Shown here: one piece after another, positions 44,011 through 57,600 of the stretch
Numbering within the stretch: position 1 is the first letter of the stretch
Layout: every line of letters begins with the position of its first letter
NCBI GenBank assembly: GCA_977017645.1
Contig: OZ360219.1
Span: 14,446,001 to 14,510,000, forward strand
Source: Torpedo marmorata
Lineage: Eukaryota
Reading direction: 5' to 3'
Length of the DNA: 64,000 bases
Notes under the pieces: generated by a model
The model's input: the letters and a program-made list of their open reading frames with translations, nothing else
Database searches by the model: none
Told to the model about the DNA's origin: nothing
Made by a program: the position numbers and the translations under genes

Positions 44011-44734
44011 GTGTTGTTGTTTAACCGCTGATACAAGTATTCTTCTGATGCTACTGTGCTGTTTTGGGGTTTTTTCGGTTTTGTTCCGATAACCGAAAAA
44101 AAACAAAAACCGAACAATGTCTGGTCCCAAGCGTTTTGGATACGGGGAACTGTACTAATAACAGCGTCTGCAGACTTTTGTGTTTCACTCTCTCCTATTT
44201 GCAATCCTTCAAGTCTGCTGTAAGCTACATCTTTATTTCTTTATCTAACCCCCACTGGTACTTGATATCCAGGAATTCTTGAATTTATTGACAGCTTTCA
44301 CTCTTAAGGATTAATTGCCTTGAATTACCTTTATTACTTGCAAGCAGCTACTCCTGGTTCACTTTCACCCGTTCCTGTCTCATCATATTGAAATCAGTCT
44401 TTCCTCCAATTTGGGAATTCAATTTTCTGTTCATACTTGTCCTTCTCCTGAATAATCGTTAAACTTACCAAGTTATGATCACTATCTCTGTAGTGCTGTT
44501 CCACTAGCATTCTCAGGGCCTGGTCATATTCCCAAATATTAGCTCCAGCACTGTCCCCCTTTATAGCAGCATAGCTATGTAGTGACTCAAAATGTTCTCT
44601 CCTGGGCACACTTTAAAAGTTCTGCATCTTCTAACCATTTCACAGTCATTCAATCCCAATATTGGGGAAGTTGAAATCCTCGTTTGTATTACCCTTTTAA
44701 TTTTTATATTCACCGTGACTTACCCAGATATTTA

Positions 44735-46255
44735 CAGAATTGGCTTGATCATAGGAGATAGCGGGTGGTAGCGAGAGGTTGTTACTGAGATTGGAGGAGT
44801 GATGTGCCATAGGGAATGGTGCTGGGTCCACAATTGTTTGTCATCTATATTAACAACTTATATGACAATGTAGTTAGCATGGATTGTAAATTTCCAGACG
44901 ACATGAGAAATAGTGGTTTGGTGGACAGTGAGAAAGGTTATCTAAGATAACAACAATATCTACCGGTAATTGAATTGGGACAGAGGACCAGAGAAATTAA
45001 TAAGCTTGAGATGTTGCACTCTGGTAGGTTAAACTAGGACCGGACTTACACAGTGAATGGTAGTGCTCTGGAGAGTATTGTAGAACAAAGAGACTTGCAG
45101 ATATTGTCCCATGAAAATGGCAACGCAGGAAGACAGAGTAGTGACGAAGGCATTTGGTACTCTTGTCTTCATCGTTCTTGGCATTGGGTACAGGAGCAGC
45201 GACATCATGTTACAACTGTACAAGACATTGGTGGGACTGCACTTGGAGTATTGTGCAGGTTTGGTCACCCAGCTATAGAAAAGAAATCATTAATCTGGAA
45301 AATGTGCAGTAAAGATACACATCAGCATTACCGAGCCTGGTTGGCTTAACTTAAAAGGAGAGTTTGGATTGGCTCGGACTTTTCTCCCCGGAGCATTTAA
45401 AGCTAGAGGGAAGGGGGGACGGAACCTTATAGAGATTTATTAAGTCATGGGGAGCATAGATACAGTAAATAGTCACGGTCTTTTTCTCAGGGTTGGGGAC
45501 TCGAAGACTGGAGGACATCAATTTGGATGAGAGGGGAAAGATTTAAAAGGGAGCTGTGGGGCACCTTCTTCACACAAAAGGTGGTAAATATACAGAATGA
45601 GCTGCCAGAGGAAGAGGTAGAAATTGTGAAAATTTTAATGTTCAAAAGATGTTTGGATGGGTATATGGTCAGGAAAAGATTTAGAGCAATGGTTTTCAAA
45701 TGTTTTCTTTCCACTCACATTGGCCCATTTCCTTTGGAGTTATGAAACCGTGCACATAACGAGTCAATTAGGTACGATTAAAACAGTGGTTTTCAAACTT
45801 TTTCTTTCCACTCACATACCACCTTAAGTAATCCCTATGCCATCGGTGCTCTGTGATTAGTAAGGGATTACTTAAGGTGGTATGTGAGTGGAAAGAAAAA
45901 GTTGGAAAACCACTGTTTTAATCGTACCTAATTGACTCGTTATGTGCACGGTTTCATAACTCCAAAGGAAATGGGCCAATGACAATTTTTCTCAAGCAAA
46001 ATATTTCAGTAACAATTGGGTCCAGAGCAGTGGTTCTCAACCTTCCCTTCCCACTCACATACCACCTTAAGCAACCCCTTACTAATCACAGAGCACTTAT
46101 GGCATAGGGATTGCTTAAGGTGGAATGTGAGTGGAAAGAAAAAGTTTGAAAACCACTGATTTAGAGGGACATGGGCCAAATGGGATTAGCTTGGTAACAC
46201 GGACAATCTGGGCTGAATACCATGTTTTCATCCTGTAGAACTCCATGACTCTATA
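44735..46255 (+). mobile_element. Degenerate CR1 3' region, split by the hAT MITE
   Basis: YTVNG..LESIVEQRDL and GTFFTQKVVNIQNELPEE peptides; 3' UTR resumes after 46158. Confidence 0.75.
45687..46158. mobile_element. hAT (Charlie-like) composite MITE, 472 bp
   Basis: 8-bp TSD ATTTAGAG (45679-45686, 46159-46166); TIRs CA(A/G)TGGTTTTCAAA..TTTCCACTCACAT. Confidence 0.92.
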
Positions 46256-46829
46256 TCTGTTCCTTTATTTCCTGTTGTGGGCGTGATGGCCTTCAGGAGT
46301 CAATGAGTGTTTGTGGTAAAGTTCAAAAGGAAGCAATTGAAGTGACAAAGAGCAAGAAAACAATCAAAATTGTGTGACATAAACAAAGGAAAATGCTGGA
46401 AATCCTCAACAGGTCAGGCCACATTTGTAGGAAGAGAAATTGACAACATTTCAGCTTTACAGATGTACAATGGGATGTACAGACAGTGTACAAACCAGGA
46501 AACCTAATTCAATTCTTAGCAGCGATGAGCCACTGTAGTTAATAAGACTAAGGTGTCAGGGAGAATACTGTATGCAGATGGTATCAGGAAGATTAACAGC
46601 AGCCTTGGGGAAAACTCTTCATTTCAGGACAGATGAAAGTGTTATAGTGTTTGAGAAGAAGGGAACAAAGTGGTTGCTGCTTGATTAGAAGCCCATGACC
46701 AGCTGCCTTCTGATAACCAAACTGGAAGGGTGACACTGCAACATCGCAATGATTCAGTGCTCTGATGTGACAAATGGCAGTGAAGAAGAGGCAAGGGGAA
46801 AATTCTATCTCACACACAAGTTGGAACAT

Positions 46830-47550
46830 GCTGTGTCTCAACTATCACACGAGGAAACGTGGATACCAGGGTCAATAAGAACAACAGATCACATGACAGA
46901 GTAAATCGATGATATGTGTGTGACGTCATTAATAAAAATAGAGAGAGGCTTGCTGATCTCTACAACATGAATGACCCAGTCATGCATGAAATATTAGTTC
47001 AACATGCTGAAATTAACAAGTTGACATGGATTCTCCAGATAGCACAGATAAGATGATGATCAATGGAAAATGGCACACTTGTTAACAAATGGAAAAGTGA
47101 AAAGGGGAACACTTATTGGTAGTGACCACCATCTTGCAGTTGTTTCCCTCAAGCTAAAACTGAAAAGTGTAAGTCCACCAAATAAAGAACATTGATATTG
47201 TGATGTTAACAATTCTCCCAAATTACAGAAATCCTTTGCTCTGCTGTTAAAAGTTACACGCACTTTCAAATTTTGTTAAAGAGGAAGTCACGGATAATGA
47301 GTTCAGCAAGAATCGAACAAAGTGTCAATAAACAGAGCAGTGAAATGTGTTTAGGCGACAGGCAAAAGAAAAGAAATGAATAGATTATGCCAAGTGCACG
47401 GAACTCCTTCGCAGCTGGTCCTTAAAGTAAAGGTTGTTGTTTCAAAATCCCAAAGGATTTACAAGTACCACAAGTAATATTGTAAGATGTAGAAGTGGTG
47501 AAATGTATCCAAAAAGTGAAGAGCAGATATGAAGAAATACAAGGTGGCAG
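46830..47550 (+). mobile_element. Decayed RTE-clade LINE endonuclease region
   Basis: NRERLADL, INKLTW and GSDHHLAVVSLKLKLK remnants across frames. Confidence 0.6.
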
Positions 47551-48250
47551 TTCAGTATTATCTGGCTGGTATTTTTGTAGAAGACCATTTTCAACCCCAG
47601 AATATTGACCTGAATATTTATAACTTTTACAATCAATTTATAAATTTTGAACATTTAATTCTTTTTGTTAACAGAAATATTGCTCGACCATTGAAAAAAC
47701 TTTATGAATCAATAAAATATTCCCACAGTTTAGAAAATGTCATTATCATGGAACAAAATAAATCTTTCCTCATTTGAGAAAAAATATTGGGTGAATTGAA
47801 TTTTGAGGATGTACATTTCATAGAACTCAATTATAATGAAGGGTAACATGGGAAAGGTTCCAAAATGTCTGTACATTAATGAGTATGCAAGAATAAGGGA
47901 TTACTTAATTGGAGTAGAGATCCAAGGCAAAAAATGTAAATTCATATCAGAAATAATGAGAATAATTTGTTGTTTCCTTGTAGTAATAAATCATCGACTA
48001 ACCAAAGCCCTTGTAGCAAATGTGATTCATGAAATATAAAACCGGACAGTTGAAACAAGCTTTGGTTTACATTAATCAAAGCACACATCTGAACATGTAA
48101 TGTATCTTCAGAATACAGTGAGAAACAGAAAATATATATCCAAAGAGACAATTATTTGAAAAACACCACTCTATTTACATGTAAATCATTAAGCACTTGC
48201 TGCAAAATCAAACGTCTGTGAAACGGTTGCCTTATTTGAAAAGAAAGCAC

Positions 48251-49032
48251 AGTTCAAGTTCAAATTTATTATCGCGTGCACAGAGGTTCTGTGAAAAGTT
48301 TATTTTGCGTGTTATCCGGCAAGTCAATCCATTCACAAGCGCAGCAAAGGAAATGCAGTAGAGAGTGCAGAGTTACATAGAGAGATTAGTTAGAATGGAG
48401 CAAAGGTCACTTTACTAGTGTGAGCTTCATTCAGGAGTCTGATAGCAACGGGAACAAAAATGTCCTTGAATCTGATAGCGCATGATCTCACACTTATAAA
48501 CCTTCTTCCCACAGTGAGGAGAGAGAAGAGAGTGTGACCGGGTTAGGCTGTTGGTTGCTCTTCCAAGTCAGCAGGAACTGTGGATGGAGTTGATGGAGGA
48601 AAGTGGATGGTCTGAGCTGCATTCACTGCAGTTCCTTGCAGTCTTGAGCAGAGCAGTTCCCATACCACACAGTGATGCACCCTGACAGCAAACTTTCGAT
48701 GGTGCATCTGAGAAAGTTGTTGAGGGACACAGAGGACATGCTGAATTTCCTCAGGCTTCTGAGGCAGTAGAAGTGAATGGTGCACTTTCTTGGCTATTGA
48801 TTCAACGTGGTTGGACCAGGAAAGCATGTTGGAGATACTTATGCCTAAGAACAGAAATCTGACAAATATCTCCACCTCTTCATCACGGATGCAGACCGGG
48901 AACTGAGCTCCACCGCCCTTCCATAAGTCTAAAACGAGCTCGTTTGTTCTGCTGACATTGAAGGAGAGGTTGTTGTCCTAGCCCCAAGCCACGAGACACT
49001 CCAGTTCATTTGTGCATTCCATCTTGTCATCG
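48251..49032 (-). mobile_element. Rex1/Babar LINE, 3' half (continues at 63055)
   Basis: (TTGAAC)n tail with AATAAA; FLGISISNMLSWSNH and DDKMEC..LVAW..NNLSFNVS peptides. Confidence 0.75.
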
Positions 49033-49426
49033 AGGGAGTGGTCATCGTCAGAGTGGACTGAGTCAGAGTGGTGAGGCTTTGGCTCAACAGGCTTCGGCGA
49101 GAACAGGTAAGAGGTGAATAGTAGGAGTTAAAGTAAGAAAGGGCCACCTTTTTCAAGGAACAAAAAGGATTCGGCAGGTGGGCACAGGTAAGGGCAGGTT
49201 TTAGATATCATATATTTTGTTCCTCTAGTCATAAACAGTGGGAATGGCAGCCAAGGCAGGGAAATGCTCTTCTTGCAGAATGTGGGTCGTCAGGGAAGCC
49301 AGCAGTATCCCTGACGACTTCATCTGTGAGAAGTGCCTCGAGCTGAAGCTCCTGACAAGCCGAGTTAAGGAATTGAAGCTAGAGTTGGATGAAATCTGGA
49401 TCATTCGGGAGGCAGAGGGGGTGATA

Positions 49427-51882
49427 TAACCATATAACCATATAACACTTACAGCACAGAAACAGGCCAGTTCGGCCCTTCGAGGCCATTTCACTACCTC
49501 GTCATTAATACCTAATGCAAGAACCTTCCTAACTAGCCTCTTATGGGGAACCTTGTCAAATGCCTTACTAAAGTCTATATAGACAACATCCACAGCCTTC
49601 CCCTCGTCAACCTTCTTGGTAACCTCATTGAAAAACTCTATGAGATTTGTTAAACATGATCTACCACGAACAAAATCGTGTTGACTACTCCTAATCAATG
49701 CTTGTCTTTCCAAATAACTGTATACACCATCTCTAAGAACACTCTCCATTAATTTACCCACCACCGATGTCAGACTCACAGGCCTATAATTTCCAGGTAT
49801 ACTTTTGGAGCCCTTCTTAAACAGCGGGACAACATGAGCTACCCTCCAATCCTCCGGCACCTCCCTCGTGGCCAGTGACATTTTAAATATTTCTGTCAGA
49901 GCCCCCACTATTTGTGCACTAACCTCCCTCAGGGTCCTCGAGATTTATCCACCTTAATACTCTTTAAAACAGCCAATACTACCTCCTCATTCATCTTTAT
50001 ATTATCCATGACCTCACTGCCAGATTTCCTTACTTCACCTGGCTCAATATTCCTTTCCTTTGTAAATACTGAAGAAAAAAAATCATTTAAAATTTCCCCC
50101 ATCTCCTCTGACTTCTCACATAGCCTACCCGTCTGATCCTCAATGGGCCCAAATTTATCCCTCACTATTCTTTTGCTTTTAATGTACCTGTAGAAACCCT
50201 TTGGATTTATTTTTACCTTGCCTGCCAAAGCAGCATCATATCTCCTTTTAGCCTTTCTAATTTCTTTCTTAAGATTTTTTTTACACTCCTTATATTCCTC
50301 GAGGACCTCATCTATTCCCTGCTGTCTATACCTGTTGTACACATCCCTCTTCCTCCGAACCAAATTCCCAATATCCTTTGTTAACCAATATATTCTAACT
50401 CTTACTTTAATCCTCACAGGGACGACCCGACTCTGTACTCTCAAAATTTCCCCTTTGAATATCCTCCATTTATCTGTGACATCCTTCCCTGAAAATAAAT
50501 TATCCCAATCCACACCCTCTAAATCCTTCCTCATCTCCTCGAAATTTGCCTTATTCCAATCAAGAATCTTAACCTTAGGCCCAGCCCTATCCTTCTCCAT
50601 TATCAACCTAAAACTAATAGTATTATGATCACTAGAGCCAAAGTGTTCCCCAACACAAACCTCTGTCACCTGACCTATCTCGTTCCCAAATAGGAGATCC
50701 AATACTGCCCCCTCTCTCGTCGGTTCTTCTATGTATTGATTTAGAAAACTTTCCTGAACACATTTGACAAACTCCAACCCATCCAGCCTTATTACAGTAT
50801 GGGCGTCCCAGTCAATATGTGGAAAGTTAAAATCACCTATAATTACCACCTTATGTTTATTATACATATATTCTATCTTCTTACAAATTTCCTCCTCTAA
50901 TTCCCTCTGCCCATTCGGTGGTCTATAATACACTCCCATTCCTCAATTCCCATTCCTCAATTCCACCCAAATAGCCTCACTGGACGAGCCCTCCAATCTA
51001 TCCTGCCATAGCACCGCTGTAATGGTTTCTCTAACAAGCAATGCGACTCCTCCACCTTTTATCCCCCCTGTTCTATCACGCCTAAAACAACAGAATCCAG
51101 GAATATTTAGCTGCCAATCATGCCCCTCCTGCAACCAAGTTTCACTGATGACTACAATATCATATTTCCATGTATCAATCCATACTCTAAGCTCATCCAC
51201 CTTTCTTACAATGCTCCTTGCATTGAAATATATACACTTGAGAGAATGTCCCCCACATACACTCCTTTGATTACCCTCTCCTTCATTAACTTTAACATTT
51301 TGGTTCCTCTCTTCCTTCAAATCTAGGTGTTCTTCTACCCTACTCTCCGCATTCTCATCCTGATTCCCACACCCCTGCCAAACTAGTTTAAACCCTCCCC
51401 AACAGCTCTAGCAAACCTGCCTGCCAGGATATTGGTCATCCTCCAGTTCAAGTACAGCCCGTCCCTTTTGTGCAGGTCAGACCTTCCCCAGAAGAGATCC
51501 CAATGATCCACAAATGTGAACCCCTGCCCCCAGCACCAACTCTTTAGCCACGCATTCATCCTCCACATCTTCCTATTCCTACCCTCTTTAGCGCGAGGCA
51601 CAGGCAGCAATCCTGAGATTACCACCCTCGAGGTCCTGCTTTTTAACTTCCTTTCTAACTCTTTATATTCTTTCTTCAGGACCTCATCCCCACTTCTTTC
51701 TCTGTCATTTGTCCCCACGTGGACCACGACACCTGGCTGCTCGCCCTCCCCCTCCAGAATGCTGAGTACTCGATCAGAGACATCCCTGACCCTGGCACCT
51801 GGAAGGCAACATACCAACCGGGAGCTCCGATCTCGTCCAGCAAACCTCCTATCTGTTCCTCTAACCAGCGAGTCCCCAATTA
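49427..51882 (-). mobile_element. CR1 with partial ORF1, APE and internally deleted RT
   Basis: IGDSLVRG/HVGTND esterase, ISETWL, YYRPP, GDFN, SDHN; RT ends at EVVKW and joins the 3' UTR; TATGGTTA-type tail. Confidence 0.9.
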
Positions 51883-54299
51883 CAGGAATTACAGGGACAC
51901 TATCACACCTAGGAGGCAGATGGAGGGTAGATGGGTGACAGTCAGGAGAGGGAAAGGGAACAGGCAGGCAGTGCAGGGCAGCCCTGTGGCCGTTCCCCTC
52001 AATAACAAGTATACCATTTTGGATACTGTTGGGGGAGATGACCTACCAGGCACAAGCCATGGCGATCAGGTGTCTGGCACGGAGTCTGGTCCTGTAGCTA
52101 AGAAGGGAAGGGAGGAGAAGAGGCGAGTTGGAGTGATATGGGATTCCATAGTTAGGGGGACAGATAAGAGGTTCTGTGGAAGAGATCGACTATCCCGGAT
52201 GGTATGTTGCCTCTCTGGTGCCAGGGTCCGAGATATCTCAGATCAAGTTCATGGCATTCTCAGGAGGGAGGGTGAGCAGCCAGATGTCGTGGTCCATACA
52301 GGAACCAATGAGGTGGGTAGGAAGGGTGAGGACGTCCTGCAAGGTGAGTTCAGGGAGTTAGGTGCTAGGTTGAGGGACAGGACCTCCAGGGTAGTGATCT
52401 CAGGATTGATACCCATGCCACGTGCTAGTGAGGTTTAGGAGGATAATGCAGCTTAACACGTGGCTAAAGACATGGTGCTGGAGGGAGAGCTTCAGGTTTC
52501 TGGATCATTGGGCTCTCTTCCAGGGAAGGTGGGACCTGTTCCGACGGAACGATTTGCATCTGAACTGGAGGGGGACTAATATCCTTGCAGGAAGGTTTGC
52601 TAGTGCTGCTCCGGTGGGTTTAAACTAGATTTGCAGGGGGAGGGGAACCGGAGTGCCAGAGCAGATAGAGGAGTGGAGGAGGGAAAAGATGATGTTAAAA
52701 TTGCATGAACAGTTAGAAGGCAACGGGTTGTACACGGTGGAAATTTTCTAAAGTGCATCTATTTCAAAGCAAGGAGTATTGTTGGAAAGGCAAACAAGCT
52801 TAGAGTGTGGATTGGCACGTGGAATTATGACATTGTGGCCATTAGTGAAACTTGGTTGCAGAAGGGGCAGGACTGGCAGCTCAATATTCCAGGATTCTGT
52901 TGCTTTAGACGTGATAGAACGGGGAATGAAAGGGGAGGAGTGGCATTGCTCATCAGGGAAAATATCACAGCTGTGCTCAGGCAGGACAGACCAGAGGGCT
53001 CGTCTACTGAGGCTATATGGGTGGAGCTGAGGAACGGGAAAGGTATGACCACACTCATGGGGTTGTATTATAGACCGCCCAATAGTCAACGAGAATTGGA
53101 GGAGCAAATTTGTAGAGAGATAGCAGACAGCTGCAGGAAACATAAGGTTGTGGTAGTAGGGGATTTTAATTTTCCACATATTGACTGGGACTCCCATACT
53201 TTAAAAGGGCTGGATGGCTTGGAGTTTGTCAAATGTATTCAGGAAAGTTTTCTAAATCAATATCTAGAGGTACCAACTGGAGAGAATGCAAAACTGGATC
53301 TCCTATAAGAGAACGAGACAGGACAGGTGACAGAAGTACGTGTAGGGGAACATTTTGGGTCCAGGGATCATAATGCCACTAGTTTCAAGTTAATTATGGA
53401 GAAGGATAGGTCTGGGCCTCGGGTTGAGATTCTAAATTGGAGAAAGGCTAATTTTGAGGAAATGAGAAAGGATCGAGAATGCGTGGATTGGGATAAGTTG
53501 TTTTCAGTCAAGGATGTGTGAGGTAAGGAGAGGACCTTCAAAGGTGAAATTTTGAGAGTACAGTGTTTGTATGCTCCTGTCAGGATTAAAGGCAAAGTTA
53601 GCAGGCATAGGGAACATTGGTGTTTGAGGGATATTAGGATCTGGTTCGGAAGAAGAGAGAGGTGTATAGCAGGTATAGGCAACATGGAGCAAATGAGGTA
53701 CTTGAGGAGTATAGAAAATGCAAGAAAAACCTCAAGAAAGAAATCAGGAAGGCAAAAAGAAGACATGAGGTTGCTTTGGCAGACAATGTGGAGGAAAATC
53801 CTAAGGGTTTCTACAGGTATATTAAGATCAAAAGGATAGTAAGGGACAAAATTGGTCCCCTTGAAGATCAGAGTGGTCGACTTTGTATGAAACCAAAAGA
53901 TATATGGGAGATCTTAAATGGTTTTGTTTTCATCAGTATTCACTCAGGAAACAGGTACAGAGTCGTGGGAAGTAAGGAAAACAATTAGTGAGGTCATGGA
54001 ACCTATACAGATTAAAGAAGAGGAGGTGCTTGCTGTCTTAAAGCAAATAAGGGTGGATAAATCCCCAGGGCCTGACAAGATATTCCCTCAGACCTTGAGG
54101 GAGGCTCGTGTAGAAATTGCAGGGGTTCTGACAGAAATATTTAAAATGTCCTTAGCTACGGGTGTGGTGCTGGAGGATAGCTAACGTTGTTCCGTTGTTT
54201 AAAAAAGGCTCCAAACGTAACCCTGGAAATGATATGCCAGTTAGCCAGACGTCAGTAGTAGGTAAATTATTGGAAGGTGTTCTAAGAGATCAGATATAC

Positions 54300-54668
54300 T
54301 GTAGCGCGTCGCTACAGTTATAGCTCTGCACGTCGAGTTGGTCGTCGAGTTGGTCGTCGCTCTAGTTCTGGAGCTCAGGAGAGAGATACACTCCCTCCGA
54401 ACGTCAAGACAGAACTGCCTATTCTGCCGTCGGCTCTGCCTTTTATAGGCGGGACGAGCCTGACTGCCATGTCACGGATGGGGCGTGGCCTAAGGCGCGA
54501 CGCCCAGGATTGGTCGGGCCATGATCCATCCTTAGGGATTGGCCCGTTCCCTCGTTGCCATTGTGGCCTATGGGAACGGGCCGTTCGAATCACGTGCCGC
54601 CTGCGCGATCGCCGTGTTCGAACACGGCTCTCTGTATCGGCCTGCGGAGTAGGTCGCAGGCCGCTACA
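54300..54668 (-). repeat. 3' LTR of the CsRn1-type element
   Basis: TGTAGCG..CGCTACA; direct repeat of 58457-58825. Confidence 0.95.
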
Positions 54669-57600
54669 CTACCACCCCCCCACCAGAACCGGCGATCTGT
54701 GCGGTGGCCTTATCCTTGGGAGGCCGCCCCCTGCGGCGTGGTATAGGGTGATTGATTGGTTGGCCAGGGTCCAGGTGTGCTGGCTTGAGTCGGTCAACCG
54801 CGACCGTTTCCTCCCTGCCGCCAACATCTATAACACAAGTGGAGCCGTTGTGTTTGATAACCCGGTACGGCCCTTCGTACGGTCGTTGGAGTGGTGGCCG
54901 ATGCGCCCCTCGCCTTATAAACACATGCCTGCAGTCCTTCAAGTTCTTGGAACATAAGTTTTAGGCTGGCCGTGTGCCCTGGGCTGTGCCGGGGCCAACG
55001 TACCCAGTCGTTGCCGCAGACGAGTCAGGGCTACCGCTGGAGTGTCCTCTGTGTTCCGGGCGTCGGCCAGGAACTCACCCGGGATGACCAGAGGTGCGCC
55101 ATAGACCATCTCCTCTGCAGACACGTCGAAATCGTCTTTAGGCGCGGTGCGGATGCCCAGGAGAACCCAAGGCAGTTCATCAGCCCAGTGCGGTCCCGTG
55201 AGCCGAGCCATGAGGGCCGCCTTGAGGTGCCTGTGGAACCTCTCCACCAACCCGGTGGCCTGAGGATGGTATGCCGTAGTATGATGGAGTTGTGTTCCCA
55301 GGGTGTTGGCCAAGGCCGCCCACAGGCTGGAGGTGAACTGGGCACCTCTGTCTGACGTCAGGTGCTCCGGGACTCCAAACCGCACAACCCAGGTGCTTAG
55401 CAAGGCCCTGGCACACGACTCTGCGGATGTTTCCACAAGTGGGACTGCTTCCGGCCACCTAGTCAGACGATCCATCATGGTCAATAGGTATCGAGCACCT
55501 CTTGACACTGGCAGTGGGCCCACAATGTCCACATGCACATGGCTGAACCTCCATCATGCCAGCTCGAATGACTGGAGAGGGGCTTTAATGTGCGTCTGCA
55601 CCTTTGACGCCTGGCAATGCGTGCAGGTCTTGGCCCACTGACTAACCTCCTTACGGAGACCATGCCATATGAAACGGCTGGCCACCATCTTAACCGTGGT
55701 TCTGATGGCTGGGTGCGCCGGGTTGTGGATCGTGTCAAAAACCCGTTTTCTCCACGCTGCGTTTATGACGGGTCTAGGCGTACCAGTCGAGGTGTCGCAC
55801 AAAAGCATCTGCTTCTCTGGGCCGATGCGAACATCCTCCAGATGGAGACCGGTTACCGCCGTCCGGTATGCAGGTTTGCTGAGGTCTGCTCGTTGTGCCT
55901 CAGCCAGGGCTGCATAGTCGATGCCTGGGACGAGGGCGTGTATTTCCAGTATGGCTGGCCGGGATAGCGCGTCAGCCACCACATTCGACTTCCCGGCAAT
56001 GTGTGCTATATCCGTGGAGAACTCGGACACATAGGACAGGTGCCTTTGCTGCCTGGCTGACCATGGGTCCGACACTTTGCCGAAAGCAAAGGTGAGAGGC
56101 TTGTAGTCCGTGAATATTTTGAACCTCCTGCCCTCCAGGAAGTATCGGAAATGTCGGACCGCCAGGTATAGAGCTAAGAGCTCCCGATCAAAGGCACTGT
56201 ACTTGTGCTCTGGTGGGCGGAGGTGCTTGCTGAAAAAGGCCAGCGGCTGCCATTGTCCAGCGATCAGCTGCTCAAGTACTCCCCCGACCGCTGTGTTGGA
56301 GGTGTCCACAGTGAGGGCTGTCGGGGCATCTGTCCTAGGATGCACCAGAAGGGTAGCATTTGCCAGGGCGTCTTTGACGGCTTGGAAAGCCTCTGATGCC
56401 TCCTGTGTCCATTCAATTTCCTTCTTTGGACCTGCCATGAGGAAGAATAAGGGCCGCATGATGCCAACTGCTGCTGGTATGAAACGATGATAAAAGTTAA
56501 TCATACCGACAAACTCCTGCAGGCCCTTTATCGTTGCGGGCTTTGCAAATGATCGGATGGCCTGCACCTTTTCGGGCAGTCGCCTGGCCCGATCCCTGTT
56601 AATACGGTGCCCCAGGAAATCGATGGACTCCCGCCCGAACTGGCACTTGGCAGGGTTGATTATCAGCCCGAACTCCTTCAGGCGGGCGCATACCTGTCTT
56701 ATATGGATGGCAGGTTCAGCACAATTGCAGCTGGCTATCAGTATGTCATCCAAATAAATGAAGGTGAACTTGAGATCCCGGCCCACCGCGTCCATCAACC
56801 TCTGGAAGGTTTGAGCTGCGTTCTTCAGGCCGAATGGCATCCTCAGAAACTCAAACAGACCAAAGTGGGTGATAATGGCGGTCTTGGCGATGTCTTCCGG
56901 CTGGACCGGGATCTGGTGATAGCCCTTAACGAGGTCCACCTTTGAGAATATCCGTGCCCCCTGTAGGTTAGCGGTGAAGTCCTGGATGTGGGGCATCAGA
57001 TATCTGTCCGGTGTGGTGGCCTCGTTGAGACGGCGGTAATCCCCGCATGGTCTCCAGCCTCCTGCTGCCTTAGGCAAAATGTGGAGTGGGGAGGCCCAGG
57101 GGCTGTCAGAACGCCACACAATGCCCAGCTCTTCCATCTTCCGGAACTCTTCTTTGGCGAGATTGAGCTTCTCGGGAGGAAGGCGGCGCGCCCTGGCGTG
57201 AAGGGGAGGTCCTGTCATCACGATATGATGCTGATCTTCATGCCTAGGTTCCGCCGAGCAAAAATGTGGCGTCGTGATGGCAGGGAATTCGGCCCTAATC
57301 CGTGCCATCTCATTGTCCATAGCTGCTACCGAGTGCAGACAGGGGGCAGTGAGCTCAGTCCCACTCAGGGAAAGAGTCTGAAAAGTTGTGGCATGCACCA
57401 ATCTTCGCCCCTTAATGTCCACTAGTAGGGAATTGGCCCGAAGGAAATCCGCACCCAGGAGCGGCTGCCGCACCGCCGCCGGCGTGAACTTCCAGGTAAA
57501 ATGATTATCCCCAAAACGGAGGGGGATGGTGCGGGTGCCAAAAGTGTGAATATCCGAATTATTGGCCGCTCTCAGCCCTTGTCCAACCCTGCTGCTGCGG

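Larger units (their letters stand above)
43083..44152. mobile_element. Non-autonomous Tc1/mariner (Tigger/pogo-like) DNA transposon
   Basis: TA on both sides; left end CAGGTCGGGTACCCCGTATCCGAA pairs with right end TTGGATACGGGGAACTG (short deletion); no transposase. Confidence 0.8.
42930..44187. mobile_element. Short inverted Penelope terminal-repeat insertion, split by the Tigger-like element
   Basis: tccataggaggtaaaga..tctttatctcctatgga inverted arms; repeat resumes after 44154; imperfect 14-bp flanks ctctctcctgcttg and ctctctcctatttg. Confidence 0.7.
40580..44740 (-). mobile_element. Old degenerate CR1 hosting younger insertions
   Basis: Decayed ORF2 pieces on either side of 41041-42795 and 42930-44187, e.g. 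DSDHNLVSLTI..EKDK..NWRK. Boundaries approximate. Confidence 0.55.

Noticed and set aside
43410-44024. 204-aa ORF with GDLGLPGRS repeats, superficially collagen-like; array also considered as CRISPR
   Set aside because: Translation of a stop-free 27-bp minisatellite; not a Gly-X-Y pattern and no unique spacers.
47560-48250. AT-rich stretch as a possible host exon
   Set aside because: No convincing reading frame or splice-site pair.
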